Positions 44,766 through 52,740 of a DNA stretch of 64,000 bases are shown here, one piece after another. Numbering within the stretch: the first letter of the stretch is position 1; the number at the start of each line of letters is the position of its first letter. The DNA lies in contig OZ220488.1 in the NCBI GenBank assembly GCA_965116155.1, forward strand, positions 450,420-514,419, written 5' to 3'. A model generated the notes under the pieces. It did no database searches, was not told the DNA's origin, and saw only the letters and a program-made list of their open reading frames with translations. The DNA comes from Bdellovibrionales bacterium (lineage in GTDB: Bacteria; Bdellovibrionota; Bdellovibrionia; Bdellovibrionales; UBA1609). The position numbers and the translations under genes were made by a program.

Positions 44766-45689
44766 CTAGTTCGTAATGCTGTAATTAATCTCTTGGGTGC
44801 CGCCGTCCCTTTCTATACCTATGGCCACTTTGTCAGAAGTTCTAAGGGCACGGTAGAGCTCCATAGCTTGCTCAGGGCTTTGGATTTTTTGACCATTTAC
44901 AGACTGCAGTACGTCGCCTACCCTAAAGCCCAGCTTTTCGTAAATACTGTCTGGTCGTATGGAGGCAAATCGAAAACCCAGTATCCCGCCATCGGGCCCT
45001 GTAACCGGAAACACTCGGGCTTGCCGCAGCACATCGGACAAGTTGCTGGTGTATTTTTGCAGTACGTCTCTTTTAAGCGCAAAACTGTTTTCGCCCGTTT
45101 TTTGGATTTCTTCCTGTGGCTTTGATTGAGGCGCCATATTAACGGGTGCCGTGTTGGCGCCAGTAAGCATGCCAATGTCTTTAAAAGACTCTGGTATAAT
45201 TAAAAATTCTAGCCGTTGGTTTTGCAGGTTTCTATAAACCACCCGGCGGCGCTCAATACTTACCACCCGCGCCAGGTTTTGTACCATGCCGTCTACTTTA
45301 AAGGCCTGTGTTTTATTCACATTGCCCATTCTAATAGTAGCAAGAGACATGCGCGGATTGTAATGCACTATGGTGCCAAGGAGCTCCAAAAAGCTTAAAG
45401 TTGAGGGCTCGGGCTCATTGTTGGGGGCATCGTCTGTGGCTTCGCCTTCTTGAAACAACTTGGGCGGCATGTGACCAAAAATATTGCGCGCCACAATAAT
45501 ACTGGTCGAAACAGGCGGCACCTGAGGCTGGAGGTGCGCGCTACTAATGGGAGCCCTTTGCTCCCGGGGCACAAAGCCCAAGCGCAGGTACGAGCTTACA
45601 ATATCTGCCGACAAAAAGGCCAAAGCCAAAGCAAACAGCCATACCCCCCACCCTTGCAACCTTTGATACTTAGAAACCTTCACCCGCAC
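44766..45689 (-). CDS. gspC: Type II secretion protein GspC (N-terminal TM segment plus C-terminal PDZ)
   Basis: It has a TM anchor (WGVWLFALALAFLSADIV) and a PDZ-like C-terminus (GFRVGDVLQSVNGQKIQSPEQAMELY). It lies immediately upstream of gspD. The GTG start is at 45689 or 45683. Confidence 0.7.
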   Translation of the reverse strand: MRVKVSKYQRLQGWGVWLFALALAFLSADIVSSYLRLGFVPREQRAPISSAHLQPQVPPVSTSIIVARNIFGHMPPKLFQEGEATDDAPNNEPEPSTLSFLELLGTIVHYNPRMSLATIRMGNVNKTQAFKVDGMVQNLARVVSIERRRVVYRNLQNQRLEFLIIPESFKDIGMLTGANTAPVNMAPQSKPQEEIQKTGENSFALKRDVLQKYTSNLSDVLRQARVFPVTGPDGGILGFRFASIRPDSIYEKLGFRVGDVLQSVNGQKIQSPEQAMELYRALRTSDKVAIGIERDGGTQEINYSITN

Positions 45690-45717
45690 CCTCTCGGTTC
45701 AGAATACCATTAGCATA

Positions 45718-45849
45718 ATTAGAGTGCTAGCCACATGCTCTGGGATAAACGCAGTCTGCCTGATAGTCCCTGAAAAGGGACGGCCATCAGGTAGACAAGT
45801 GCCCCTGGTATCCGGCCCTTCGGGCCTGCCAGGCAGGCATGGTGAGACG
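45718..45849 (+). repeat. Repeat unit: module A plus module B, whose right outer arm is replaced by or merged with an inverted module D
   Basis: The sequence starts with TTAGAGTGCTAGCCACATGCTCTGGGATAAACGC. The inner stem follows: TCTGCCTGAT (45755-64), apex AGTCCCT-GAAA-AGGGACG, then ATCAGGTAGA (45786-95). It ends with TGGTATCCGGCCCTTCGGGCCTGCCAGG..CATGGTGAGACG. Confidence 0.8.
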
Positions 45850-45889
45850 AAAGCAAACCCTAACACCGCAAGGTGTTAGGGTTTGCTTT
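45850..45889 (-). terminator. 18-bp perfect hairpin straddling the TRAP permease stop codon
   Basis: AAAGCAAACCCTAACACC (45850-45867), loop GCAA, GGTGTTAGGGTTTGCTTT (45872-45889). The stop TAG (45860-45862, minus strand) is in the left arm. The right arm encodes KANPNT. Confidence 0.65.
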
Positions 45890-47986
45890 TAAATTGTAGG
45901 CGTAGATGGCGGCGTAGATGGCCAGGCCAAGCACTTGCCACAAAAGCACCTCGCCGCCCAAGTGCTCCACAGCAAGTTGTGGTCTAAAAAGCACCAGCAC
46001 CACGAGCCCCAAAAGCACCCTCTCCCACATCATAAGACGGCGCGATAAAAAGCCCTGCAACACCGAAGCAAAGCTAAACATCGCCACTAGCGCGCACAAA
46101 AATATCCACACAGCCTGTGGCACAGAATTTACGCCAATTAGCAAAAGGTCCGTATTAAAAATAAACATAAACGGCAAAATGGCCGTGCGCATATCATAAG
46201 TAAAACCCTGCACCCCCACCTTAATGGGATCCTCGCGCGCAATAGCCCCCGCAGCATAAGCGGCCAAACCCACTGGCGGCGTATCGTCTGCCAAAATACC
46301 AAAATAAAAACAAAACAAATGCGCCGCTACCAAAGGCACCACCAGACCCATGTCTCCTGAAAGCGCCACAATCGCCGGTGCCGTAAGCGAAGCCATCACA
46401 ATATAATTAGCCGTCGTAGGCAAACCCATACCCAACACCAAACTTACCGCCGCCGTAATAAGCAGCATAAGCACCAGGTTCCCCCCAGACATAACATCTA
46501 TCAGATCCACCACGGCTCCTCCCAGCCCCAAGGTCACAACCCCCACTATGATCCCAGCTGCTGCTACCGCCACACCGATGCTCATCATGTTTTGCGCGCC
46601 CGCCACCAAGCTGTGCCAAAGCTGTACCCCGGCACGCGCCACACCCTCATGCCAGGCATTGTTTTTTTGCAAACTTTCGCGCACGGATTTTAACACCACC
46701 AAAGCCGCCAAGCACAAAAAGGCGTAATACACCGAAAAAGCCGCCGACCTTCTAAACACCACCATCTGCACAAACAAAAAAGCCAAGGGCAACAAAAAGT
46801 GCACCCCCGACCAAAAGGTGGGCCAAAAACGCGGCAGCTCTGCAGCCGGTATGCGCCTCAGGTTCATTTTTTTAGACTCCAAATGCGCAATATAAATCAG
46901 CGCCACATAAGACACCAAGGCCGGCACAATGGCTGTTTTTACCACCATTAAATAATTCATATTGCAGTACTCTGCGATAATAAAAGCCGCCGCCCCCATA
47001 ATAGGAGGCATCAGCTGCCCGTTGGTGCTCGATGCCACCTCAATGGCCGCCGCCTTATGCGCGGGGAAGCCCGATTTTTTCATAAGCGGAATCGTAAACG
47101 TACCCGTCGTTACGGTATTAGCAATGCTCGAGCCCGACACCATACCTGTTAATCCACTCGCCAGCACAGCTGCCTTAGCCGGCCCCCCTTGGTACTTGCC
47201 CAAAAGGCTAAAGGCCATGTCGATAAAATACTTCCCCCCGCCAGATTTATCTAACAGCGCCCCAAATAGCACAAACAAAAACACCGTGCTCGTAGAAACA
47301 TCCAGCGGCACACCATAAATGCCCTCAGTGCTCATAACGAGCTTGGATATCATGGTATCAAGGCTCGCGTTTTTAAACGCAATCACATGCGGCATGCTCT
47401 CGCTCACAAAGCTATACCCAATAAAAACCCCGGCAATTAAAGGCAGTGTAGGCCCCAAGCACCTACGCGCAGCCTCTAAAAGCAACACCACCAGCACACA
47501 GCTCACTAGCACATCGCGCATAATAGGAAGCCCCGAACGCTGCCCAATGCCCTCGTAATCCCAGGCCAAATACAAAGCACAGCCCGAAGCCATGAGAGCC
47601 AAAAGCACATCCAAAACCCCCAAGCGCTGGCTGGATAACTTTGCAACACACTTTTGCCACCAAAGCCCTATACCTTTAGAGGCAGATTTGCCACCCTCTC
47701 CTAGAAAGACAGATTTTTTCATGAGCGGAAAGCTCAAGTACACCAGCAAAATAGCAAACCCCAAGTGCACACTGCGAGAAATCGCAGAATTTAATAACAA
47801 AAACTGCGGCAACGCCAACTGAAACAAGGACCACAAAGCTGCCACCACCGCAATAACCCGCCGCACGTAGCGGCCCTCTCGACCGCCATGCTCTGAGGCT
47901 TCGAGCAGATCCTTAGCTGCCTGCGTGGCACCTGTGTCGGATTTTGTGTCTTTAGACTCGGGCGTTATGCGCACACCACCCTCCAT
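45860..47986 (-). CDS. TRAP transporter fused 4TM/12TM permease (TAXI-associated type)
   Basis: 708-aa polytopic protein located downstream of a TAXI-family receptor gene. The cytoplasmic N-terminal extension followed by many TM helices is typical of the fused DctQM-like permease. Confidence 0.8.
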   Translation of the reverse strand: MEGGVRITPESKDTKSDTGATQAAKDLLEASEHGGREGRYVRRVIAVVAALWSLFQLALPQFLLLNSAISRSVHLGFAILLVYLSFPLMKKSVFLGEGGKSASKGIGLWWQKCVAKLSSQRLGVLDVLLALMASGCALYLAWDYEGIGQRSGLPIMRDVLVSCVLVVLLLEAARRCLGPTLPLIAGVFIGYSFVSESMPHVIAFKNASLDTMISKLVMSTEGIYGVPLDVSTSTVFLFVLFGALLDKSGGGKYFIDMAFSLLGKYQGGPAKAAVLASGLTGMVSGSSIANTVTTGTFTIPLMKKSGFPAHKAAAIEVASSTNGQLMPPIMGAAAFIIAEYCNMNYLMVVKTAIVPALVSYVALIYIAHLESKKMNLRRIPAAELPRFWPTFWSGVHFLLPLAFLFVQMVVFRRSAAFSVYYAFLCLAALVVLKSVRESLQKNNAWHEGVARAGVQLWHSLVAGAQNMMSIGVAVAAAGIIVGVVTLGLGGAVVDLIDVMSGGNLVLMLLITAAVSLVLGMGLPTTANYIVMASLTAPAIVALSGDMGLVVPLVAAHLFCFYFGILADDTPPVGLAAYAAGAIAREDPIKVGVQGFTYDMRTAILPFMFIFNTDLLLIGVNSVPQAVWIFLCALVAMFSFASVLQGFLSRRLMMWERVLLGLVVLVLFRPQLAVEHLGGEVLLWQVLGLAIYAAIYAYNLKANPNTLRC

Positions 47987-48069
47987 AAACCCTGCAAAAA
48001 CAACACCCCAAATATCAACAAAATTAACAACAATTACAAACGGTTAGACAATACTTCAGCGTCGACCAG

Positions 48070-49185
48070 CTAGGTTTTTAAATGCTCCGGCAGTTTAGAC
48101 GCAAGGCCGATTTCTTTATAAAACCTGAGTGCTCCCTTGTGCAAAGGCAGAGACAACCCATTAAAGAGCTTGTCTTTGTTAAAGGCCTCTAGTGCGGGGT
48201 GCAGTTTTTGAAACTGCTCCAAGTTTTCGATAATTTCTTTTGTAACAGAGTAAATCACATCCTCTGGCACCTTGGCCGACGTCATAAGAGTAGCCCGTAC
48301 AGCGAGAGTCGTCACATTGTCGCCCTCCACATTTTTAACAGCCTGTGGGTAGTGTTTGTAGCTTATGACATCCTCAGAATAATACGGGTACTGCTTCACC
48401 AGGGCTTGAGTGAGTTTTTTATTAAGAGGCAAAAAGCTGATCTTGCGCTTGCCGCTTGAGGCCTCTGTTAGCACACCACTAGGCTGGCCACCGGTAAAAA
48501 AGAACGCATCCACACGGTTATCTTGAAACATCCGCGGCGCCTCGTTGGGGCTGAGGCTTTCAGCTACGATGTCTTTTTGCCAGTCTAAGCCAGCAGCTTT
48601 TAAAATATCTAGCGCATTGCCCCTAATGCCCGAACCCTGAGGGCCGATGTTGACTGTTTTACCTTTCAAACCCTCCAGCGCTTTAATGCCATCTGCTGCA
48701 GGCACCACTAGGCTAACGGTTTCAGAATAAATACTAAACACCGCACGCAGATCCTTTGCTGCATCCGATTTGCCTTGCCACTCGGCCTCAGCGTTTTTTA
48801 CCTGCCACTGCCGATCGGACTGCACCAGGCCCAGCTCTATATTGCCCCTTATAAGAGCGTTTACATTAAAAACCGAGCCCGCCGTAGACTGCGCGCTCAG
48901 GCGCATTTTATGCTCGTCGTATTTGGTGTTGAGTATTTTTGCTATAGCTTGCCCTACGGGATAGTACACACCTGTAGTACTGCCTGTGCCCACGCTGACG
49001 AAGATTTCTTTTTTATCCGTACTGTCTGCCGCTGGCTGTTCACCATCACTGCCTTCACCAGGAGCCGATTGAGCAGGAGTGGTTTCTTCCTTCGGTTCCT
49101 TCGATCCAAAGCACCCTGTAGCACCAACACACAAGCACAACACACCCACAGCAACAAAAAACCTATCAAAAAATCTCTTCACCAC
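48070..49185 (-). CDS. TRAP transporter solute receptor, TAXI family (lipoprotein)
   Basis: Lipobox LCVGATG-C. TAXI signature VGTGSTTGVYYPVGQAIAKIL. Confidence 0.8.
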   Translation of the reverse strand: MVKRFFDRFFVAVGVLCLCVGATGCFGSKEPKEETTPAQSAPGEGSDGEQPAADSTDKKEIFVSVGTGSTTGVYYPVGQAIAKILNTKYDEHKMRLSAQSTAGSVFNVNALIRGNIELGLVQSDRQWQVKNAEAEWQGKSDAAKDLRAVFSIYSETVSLVVPAADGIKALEGLKGKTVNIGPQGSGIRGNALDILKAAGLDWQKDIVAESLSPNEAPRMFQDNRVDAFFFTGGQPSGVLTEASSGKRKISFLPLNKKLTQALVKQYPYYSEDVISYKHYPQAVKNVEGDNVTTLAVRATLMTSAKVPEDVIYSVTKEIIENLEQFQKLHPALEAFNKDKLFNGLSLPLHKGALRFYKEIGLASKLPEHLKT

Positions 49186-49434
49186 CCGGACGTCTCCTTT
49201 AGTTTAAAAAAACCCGCACCCAGCATAACCACCACTATCGCCCCCACACAATACTTAACGCACCACCCCCATAACTGGCCGTATGCCCTGCCCCTTCAGG
49301 CTGGCGCGCTCTTCAAGTCAAACTAACGGCCTGATAACACTTCATTTTTTGCGCCACCAGGCTTCTGCAAATTAAGCAAGGCACACCAGAATCAGCCGCG
49401 GAACATACATACATGCAGAAAGGGGCCCTGCCAA

Positions 49435-49995
49435 GTTGCCTAACCACAAAGAAAATGCTAAACAGCAAACAAAATGCAATGCGAAGTGACTAAAAACGAA
49501 AAGGCGCCGCCCTGTAAGGAACCCTACAAGGAAAAGCGTAAATGAAAAAGCTTTTGTGTGCGTTTTTGGCTTTGGTTTTGTGCTCGTATGCTTGGGCTGG
49601 CAAAGCCCCGCGCGATGATTATTGGGGCAAGCCCAAAGCAGCTAGTGATCCAATAAACTTGCCGGATTCTGTTAAAAATATGCTGGATGCAGAGGTTTTG
49701 ACGGGCGCTATGCTGCCTCTTTTTTGGGCCATTAAACACAAAGATTACGCTCTTGTAAAAACTTTGCTGAACCACAAAATAGATATCAATGCTCAAGATG
49801 CCCAAGGCCGCACGGCTCTTATGCAGGCGGTGCAAATGCCTAACTATGCAGATATTGAAACTTTGTTGGGCCATGCCGGCGTTGATATTAACCAAAAAGA
49901 CGACCATGGCAAAACGGCTCTTTTTTGGGCTGCGCGCAGAGGCAGATTGCACTTTATAAAAACTTTATTAAATAGTGGCATTGATGTTAACGCCA
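49435..49995 (+). repeat. Segmental duplication, copy 2 (paralogous to 11432-11993)
   Basis: See copy 1. It has the same orientation and lies about 38 kb downstream. Confidence 0.85.
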
Positions 49996-50531
49996 AAGAC
50001 AAAGGTAGCGATACAGCGCTTATTTGGGCTGCGCACAAAGGGCATGAAGAGGTTGTGCAAGCTCTTTTAGAACGTAAAGATATCGATGTTAACGCCAAGG
50101 ACGGTTGGGGCAATACAGCGCTTATTTGGGCGGCGCGCAAAGGGCATGAAGAATCTGTACAAGCTCTTTTAGCGCGTAAAGATATCGATGTTAACGCCAA
50201 GGACGGTTGGGGCAATACAGCGCTTATTCGGGCTGCGCACAAAGGGCATGAAGAATCTGTGCAAGCTCTTTTAGCGCGTAAAGATATTGATGTTAACGCC
50301 AAGAACGATTGGGGCAGTACAGCGCTTATTCGGGCTGCGCACAAAGGGCGTGAAGAATCTGTGCAAGCTCTTTTGGCTCATGAAGATATTGATGTTAACG
50401 CCAAGGACGCAGATGGCAATACAGCTCTTATTGGGGCGAAAAAAAACAATCACAAGAAAATTGCAAAAGCAATAAGCCTTGTCCGACAGGCTCGCGCCGA
50501 ACCATCGTGTGCAGAGCTACTAGTCCCTTAA
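49542..50531 (+). CDS. Secreted ankyrin-repeat protein (8 ANK repeats), paralogue of ank1
   Basis: It has the signal peptide MKKLLCAFLALVLCSYAWA-GKA. The first ~150 aa are nearly identical to ank1, after which the repeat array differs (DGWGNTALIWAARKGHEESVQALLARKDIDVNAK..). Confidence 0.9.
   Translation: MKKLLCAFLALVLCSYAWAGKAPRDDYWGKPKAASDPINLPDSVKNMLDAEVLTGAMLPLFWAIKHKDYALVKTLLNHKIDINAQDAQGRTALMQAVQMPNYADIETLLGHAGVDINQKDDHGKTALFWAARRGRLHFIKTLLNSGIDVNAKDKGSDTALIWAAHKGHEEVVQALLERKDIDVNAKDGWGNTALIWAARKGHEESVQALLARKDIDVNAKDGWGNTALIRAAHKGHEESVQALLARKDIDVNAKNDWGSTALIRAAHKGREESVQALLAHEDIDVNAKDADGNTALIGAKKNNHKKIAKAISLVRQARAEPSCAELLVP
50007..50430 (+). repeat. In-frame 102-bp near-identical tandem ANK repeat array within ank2
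   Basis: Units start at 50007, 50109, 50211, 50313 and 50415. Confidence 0.85.
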
Positions 50532-50639
50532 ATAGTCGTGCCGGAAGCCGGAGAACATACTTCAGTCACGACTAGACAGCTTCAACTAAACACCCAAAAT
50601 GTAAAGATCAAAAATGACGAAAAATGGGGGGGCGCCGCT

Positions 50640-50862
50640 ACAGGCCCATAAAAGCGCCAGCAATATTGCCTTGAACCTTAGAGTGCAGCCATCTTGGCAG
50701 CCCACAGGGTGTTAGCCAAGATGGCAAACAAAGTCTTCAAGGTAATATTGCTGGCGCTAGACAGCTACCAACACGCCGATAGCTTTGGGGGCTCTCTAAC
50801 CCCAAAGCGTCCAAACTCACTTAACCTAGCACGCCGCCGCTTAGTCCCAGAGAATTTTATCA
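50640..50862 (-). repeat. Rearranged member of the intergenic repeat family downstream of the VKOR-DsbA gene
   Basis: A 23-bp stem AGCGCCAGCAATATTGCCTTGAA (50653-75) / TTCAAGGTAATATTGCTGGCGCT (50736-58) encloses an 11-bp stem GCCATCTTGGC/GCCAAGATGGC. The linker CTAGACAGCTA follows. On the minus strand, TAAAATTCTCTGGGACTAAGCGG (left arm of B) starts right after the stop at 50860-62. Confidence 0.7.
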
Positions 50863-52101
50863 GTCCTTTAAATTGTTCAAGTGGCTGTAAAGTGTCTCTA
50901 GCACGACCAAGCTTTGGCCTTGACTGAGGTATTTGGCGTTTACAAAAATACTAGGCGTCGCATCCACACCCCAGCTTGCGCCAAACTCTGCATAAGACTC
51001 TATGGCCTTTTTGGCTTCTTCGCCCTCAGCGCACGCAAACCACTGCTCCACCTGAGCCATTGGTGCACCAACAGAAACAGGCAGTGCCTCTTGTAGATGC
51101 TCCTTGGCTCCCTTTACACCTGACACTCTCTGCAAAGCCTCTTGATGCTCAAAAATGGCATCAAATACCGGCCACGCATAAGCCGTATCCTGAGCGGCAC
51201 ACCAATGCAGCTGCGACAAAAAGCAGCTCTTAAAGCTCTTGCGCGGCACGTTTTTGTTGCATGCCCCATCTAAAGGGTACGGATAAAACGCAAAGCTCAC
51301 CCCCGGGCGCGAAAGCACAAAGGCCTTTAAGCTCGGTACGGCTCTTTTGCAATGAGCACATAAAAAATCCGCAAATTCCACCACCCGCATTCCAGCCTCG
51401 GCCTCCCCCTTAAAAGCCACAGGGTCCAAAGCCTCAGGCTTAGCCTTGGCCGATTGCCACTCTTCTAAAGAGTATTGGGCAATTTTAGACATATCCCGCA
51501 CCCCATAGCGCGACATAAAGCTTCTGTTTAAAGTCAGCGACGCAGCAGGAGCCAAAAGCAGCGCCAGCACCAAAACCTTAGGCGCGGGCAGCCAGAATTT
51601 TGCATCTGCCATATCACACTTGGGCCGCCCTTTATGCGCCCACCAAGCACAGGCACAGGTTACAAAAGAGCACACATAAGCTCCTACACAAAACAAACAC
51701 CAAGAGCCTACAAAAACCTGCGACACCACAGCCATAACCACGCTTACACCGGCCACAAAGCTCGACAGATAAAGCACATAACGCCCCAAAAGGGCCTGAT
51801 TTTCGCTCCATCCCATTAGCCAAAAACCCCACAGCCCCAATAGTAACCCGTTAAAACCCACGCCCCAAAGTGACATAGGCACACCCCAAAGCGCAGAAAA
51901 AGAGCTCGCCCAAGCGGCTTCACAACTAAAGCCCTCGCCCACAGAGCACAGGCTCGCACCCGCAACCGTGCCAGACAAAAGCCCAAAATACTCCACACTC
52001 AAATACAAGTGCAGCCCAACGCTTATAAGCTGCGAAACTGCAGCCAGCACCACAGGGCCCTTGTTAAACTGTTTGTCTGTTGCACTTGCGGATAAAAACA
52101 C
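50860..52101 (-). CDS. Vitamin K epoxide reductase (VKOR) domain fused to a DsbA-like thioredoxin domain
   Basis: The VKOR loop cysteines are CSVGEGFSC, the TM CxxC is WCLFC, and the SALWGVP motif is present. The C-terminal half carries FADFLCAHCKR (thioredoxin-fold CxxC). Confidence 0.8.
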   Translation of the reverse strand: MFLSASATDKQFNKGPVVLAAVSQLISVGLHLYLSVEYFGLLSGTVAGASLCSVGEGFSCEAAWASSFSALWGVPMSLWGVGFNGLLLGLWGFWLMGWSENQALLGRYVLYLSSFVAGVSVVMAVVSQVFVGSWCLFCVGAYVCSFVTCACAWWAHKGRPKCDMADAKFWLPAPKVLVLALLLAPAASLTLNRSFMSRYGVRDMSKIAQYSLEEWQSAKAKPEALDPVAFKGEAEAGMRVVEFADFLCAHCKRAVPSLKAFVLSRPGVSFAFYPYPLDGACNKNVPRKSFKSCFLSQLHWCAAQDTAYAWPVFDAIFEHQEALQRVSGVKGAKEHLQEALPVSVGAPMAQVEQWFACAEGEEAKKAIESYAEFGASWGVDATPSIFVNAKYLSQGQSLVVLETLYSHLNNLKD

Positions 52102-52249
52102 CTATCACCACCTCCACTAAGCCCTCTACCAAAAGCGGGCTTTGCGCCTTAGGCCATAAGGCCTCTAAACTTTAACAATACACACAAGAGCTTTTATGTA
52201 ACTCTTAGTACAAAAGCAACCACATAGCACCACAGGAGCTTAGGTTGCA

Positions 52250-52705
52250 GTGAGCGCGATCAATATGAAAGATTTTTTTATACCCATTACTGAACCCCTT
52301 ACTGATCCCCTAAAGCTTGCCCCACCCCAAGAGCCTTTGGCAAAGCCTGAGCGCGCGCTTTCGTGGTGGGTGGTGCGTCCGCTGGTGGCTCCCCCACAGC
52401 ACCTTGGGCAAGGTTACTCATACGATCAGGCACACAAACTTTTGGCTCAAGGCGCATTGCTATGGACACAATACGCCTGGCGCTCGCACTGCACGAGCTG
52501 GCACCCCCTTTATAGCTTTGTACGAGACTTTGGCTTTTGCCCACACAAAGTGCTAAAACATGCACTGCGTGAACTCACTTGCCATGAGTGGGTGTGGACC
52601 CAAAAGGAGCTGTGGGAAAAAGCCCAAAAACTATGGCCAGCCCAAAAAACAAAACAACAAACAAAGCTCCTGTCCAAAACCCGCGCCATAGTGCGTCCCC
52701 TATAA
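52250..52705 (+). CDS. Hypothetical Trp-rich 151-aa protein upstream of argS
   Basis: This is an ORF only, with no motif recognised. It ends 36 nt before the likely argS GTG start. Its coding status is uncertain. Confidence 0.35.
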   Translation: MSAINMKDFFIPITEPLTDPLKLAPPQEPLAKPERALSWWVVRPLVAPPQHLGQGYSYDQAHKLLAQGALLWTQYAWRSHCTSWHPLYSFVRDFGFCPHKVLKHALRELTCHEWVWTQKELWEKAQKLWPAQKTKQQTKLLSKTRAIVRPL

Positions 52706-52740
52706 AAACACAAAAAGCAAATCCACCCCAACCCCATACT

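Noticed and set aside
49524-50344. Minus-strand ORFs of 142 and 166 aa antisense to ank2, with similar ones at 11522-12247 antisense to ank1
   Set aside because: They are an artefact of the repetitive, stop-poor ankyrin coding sequence. The sense frame has a signal peptide and clear ANK motifs.
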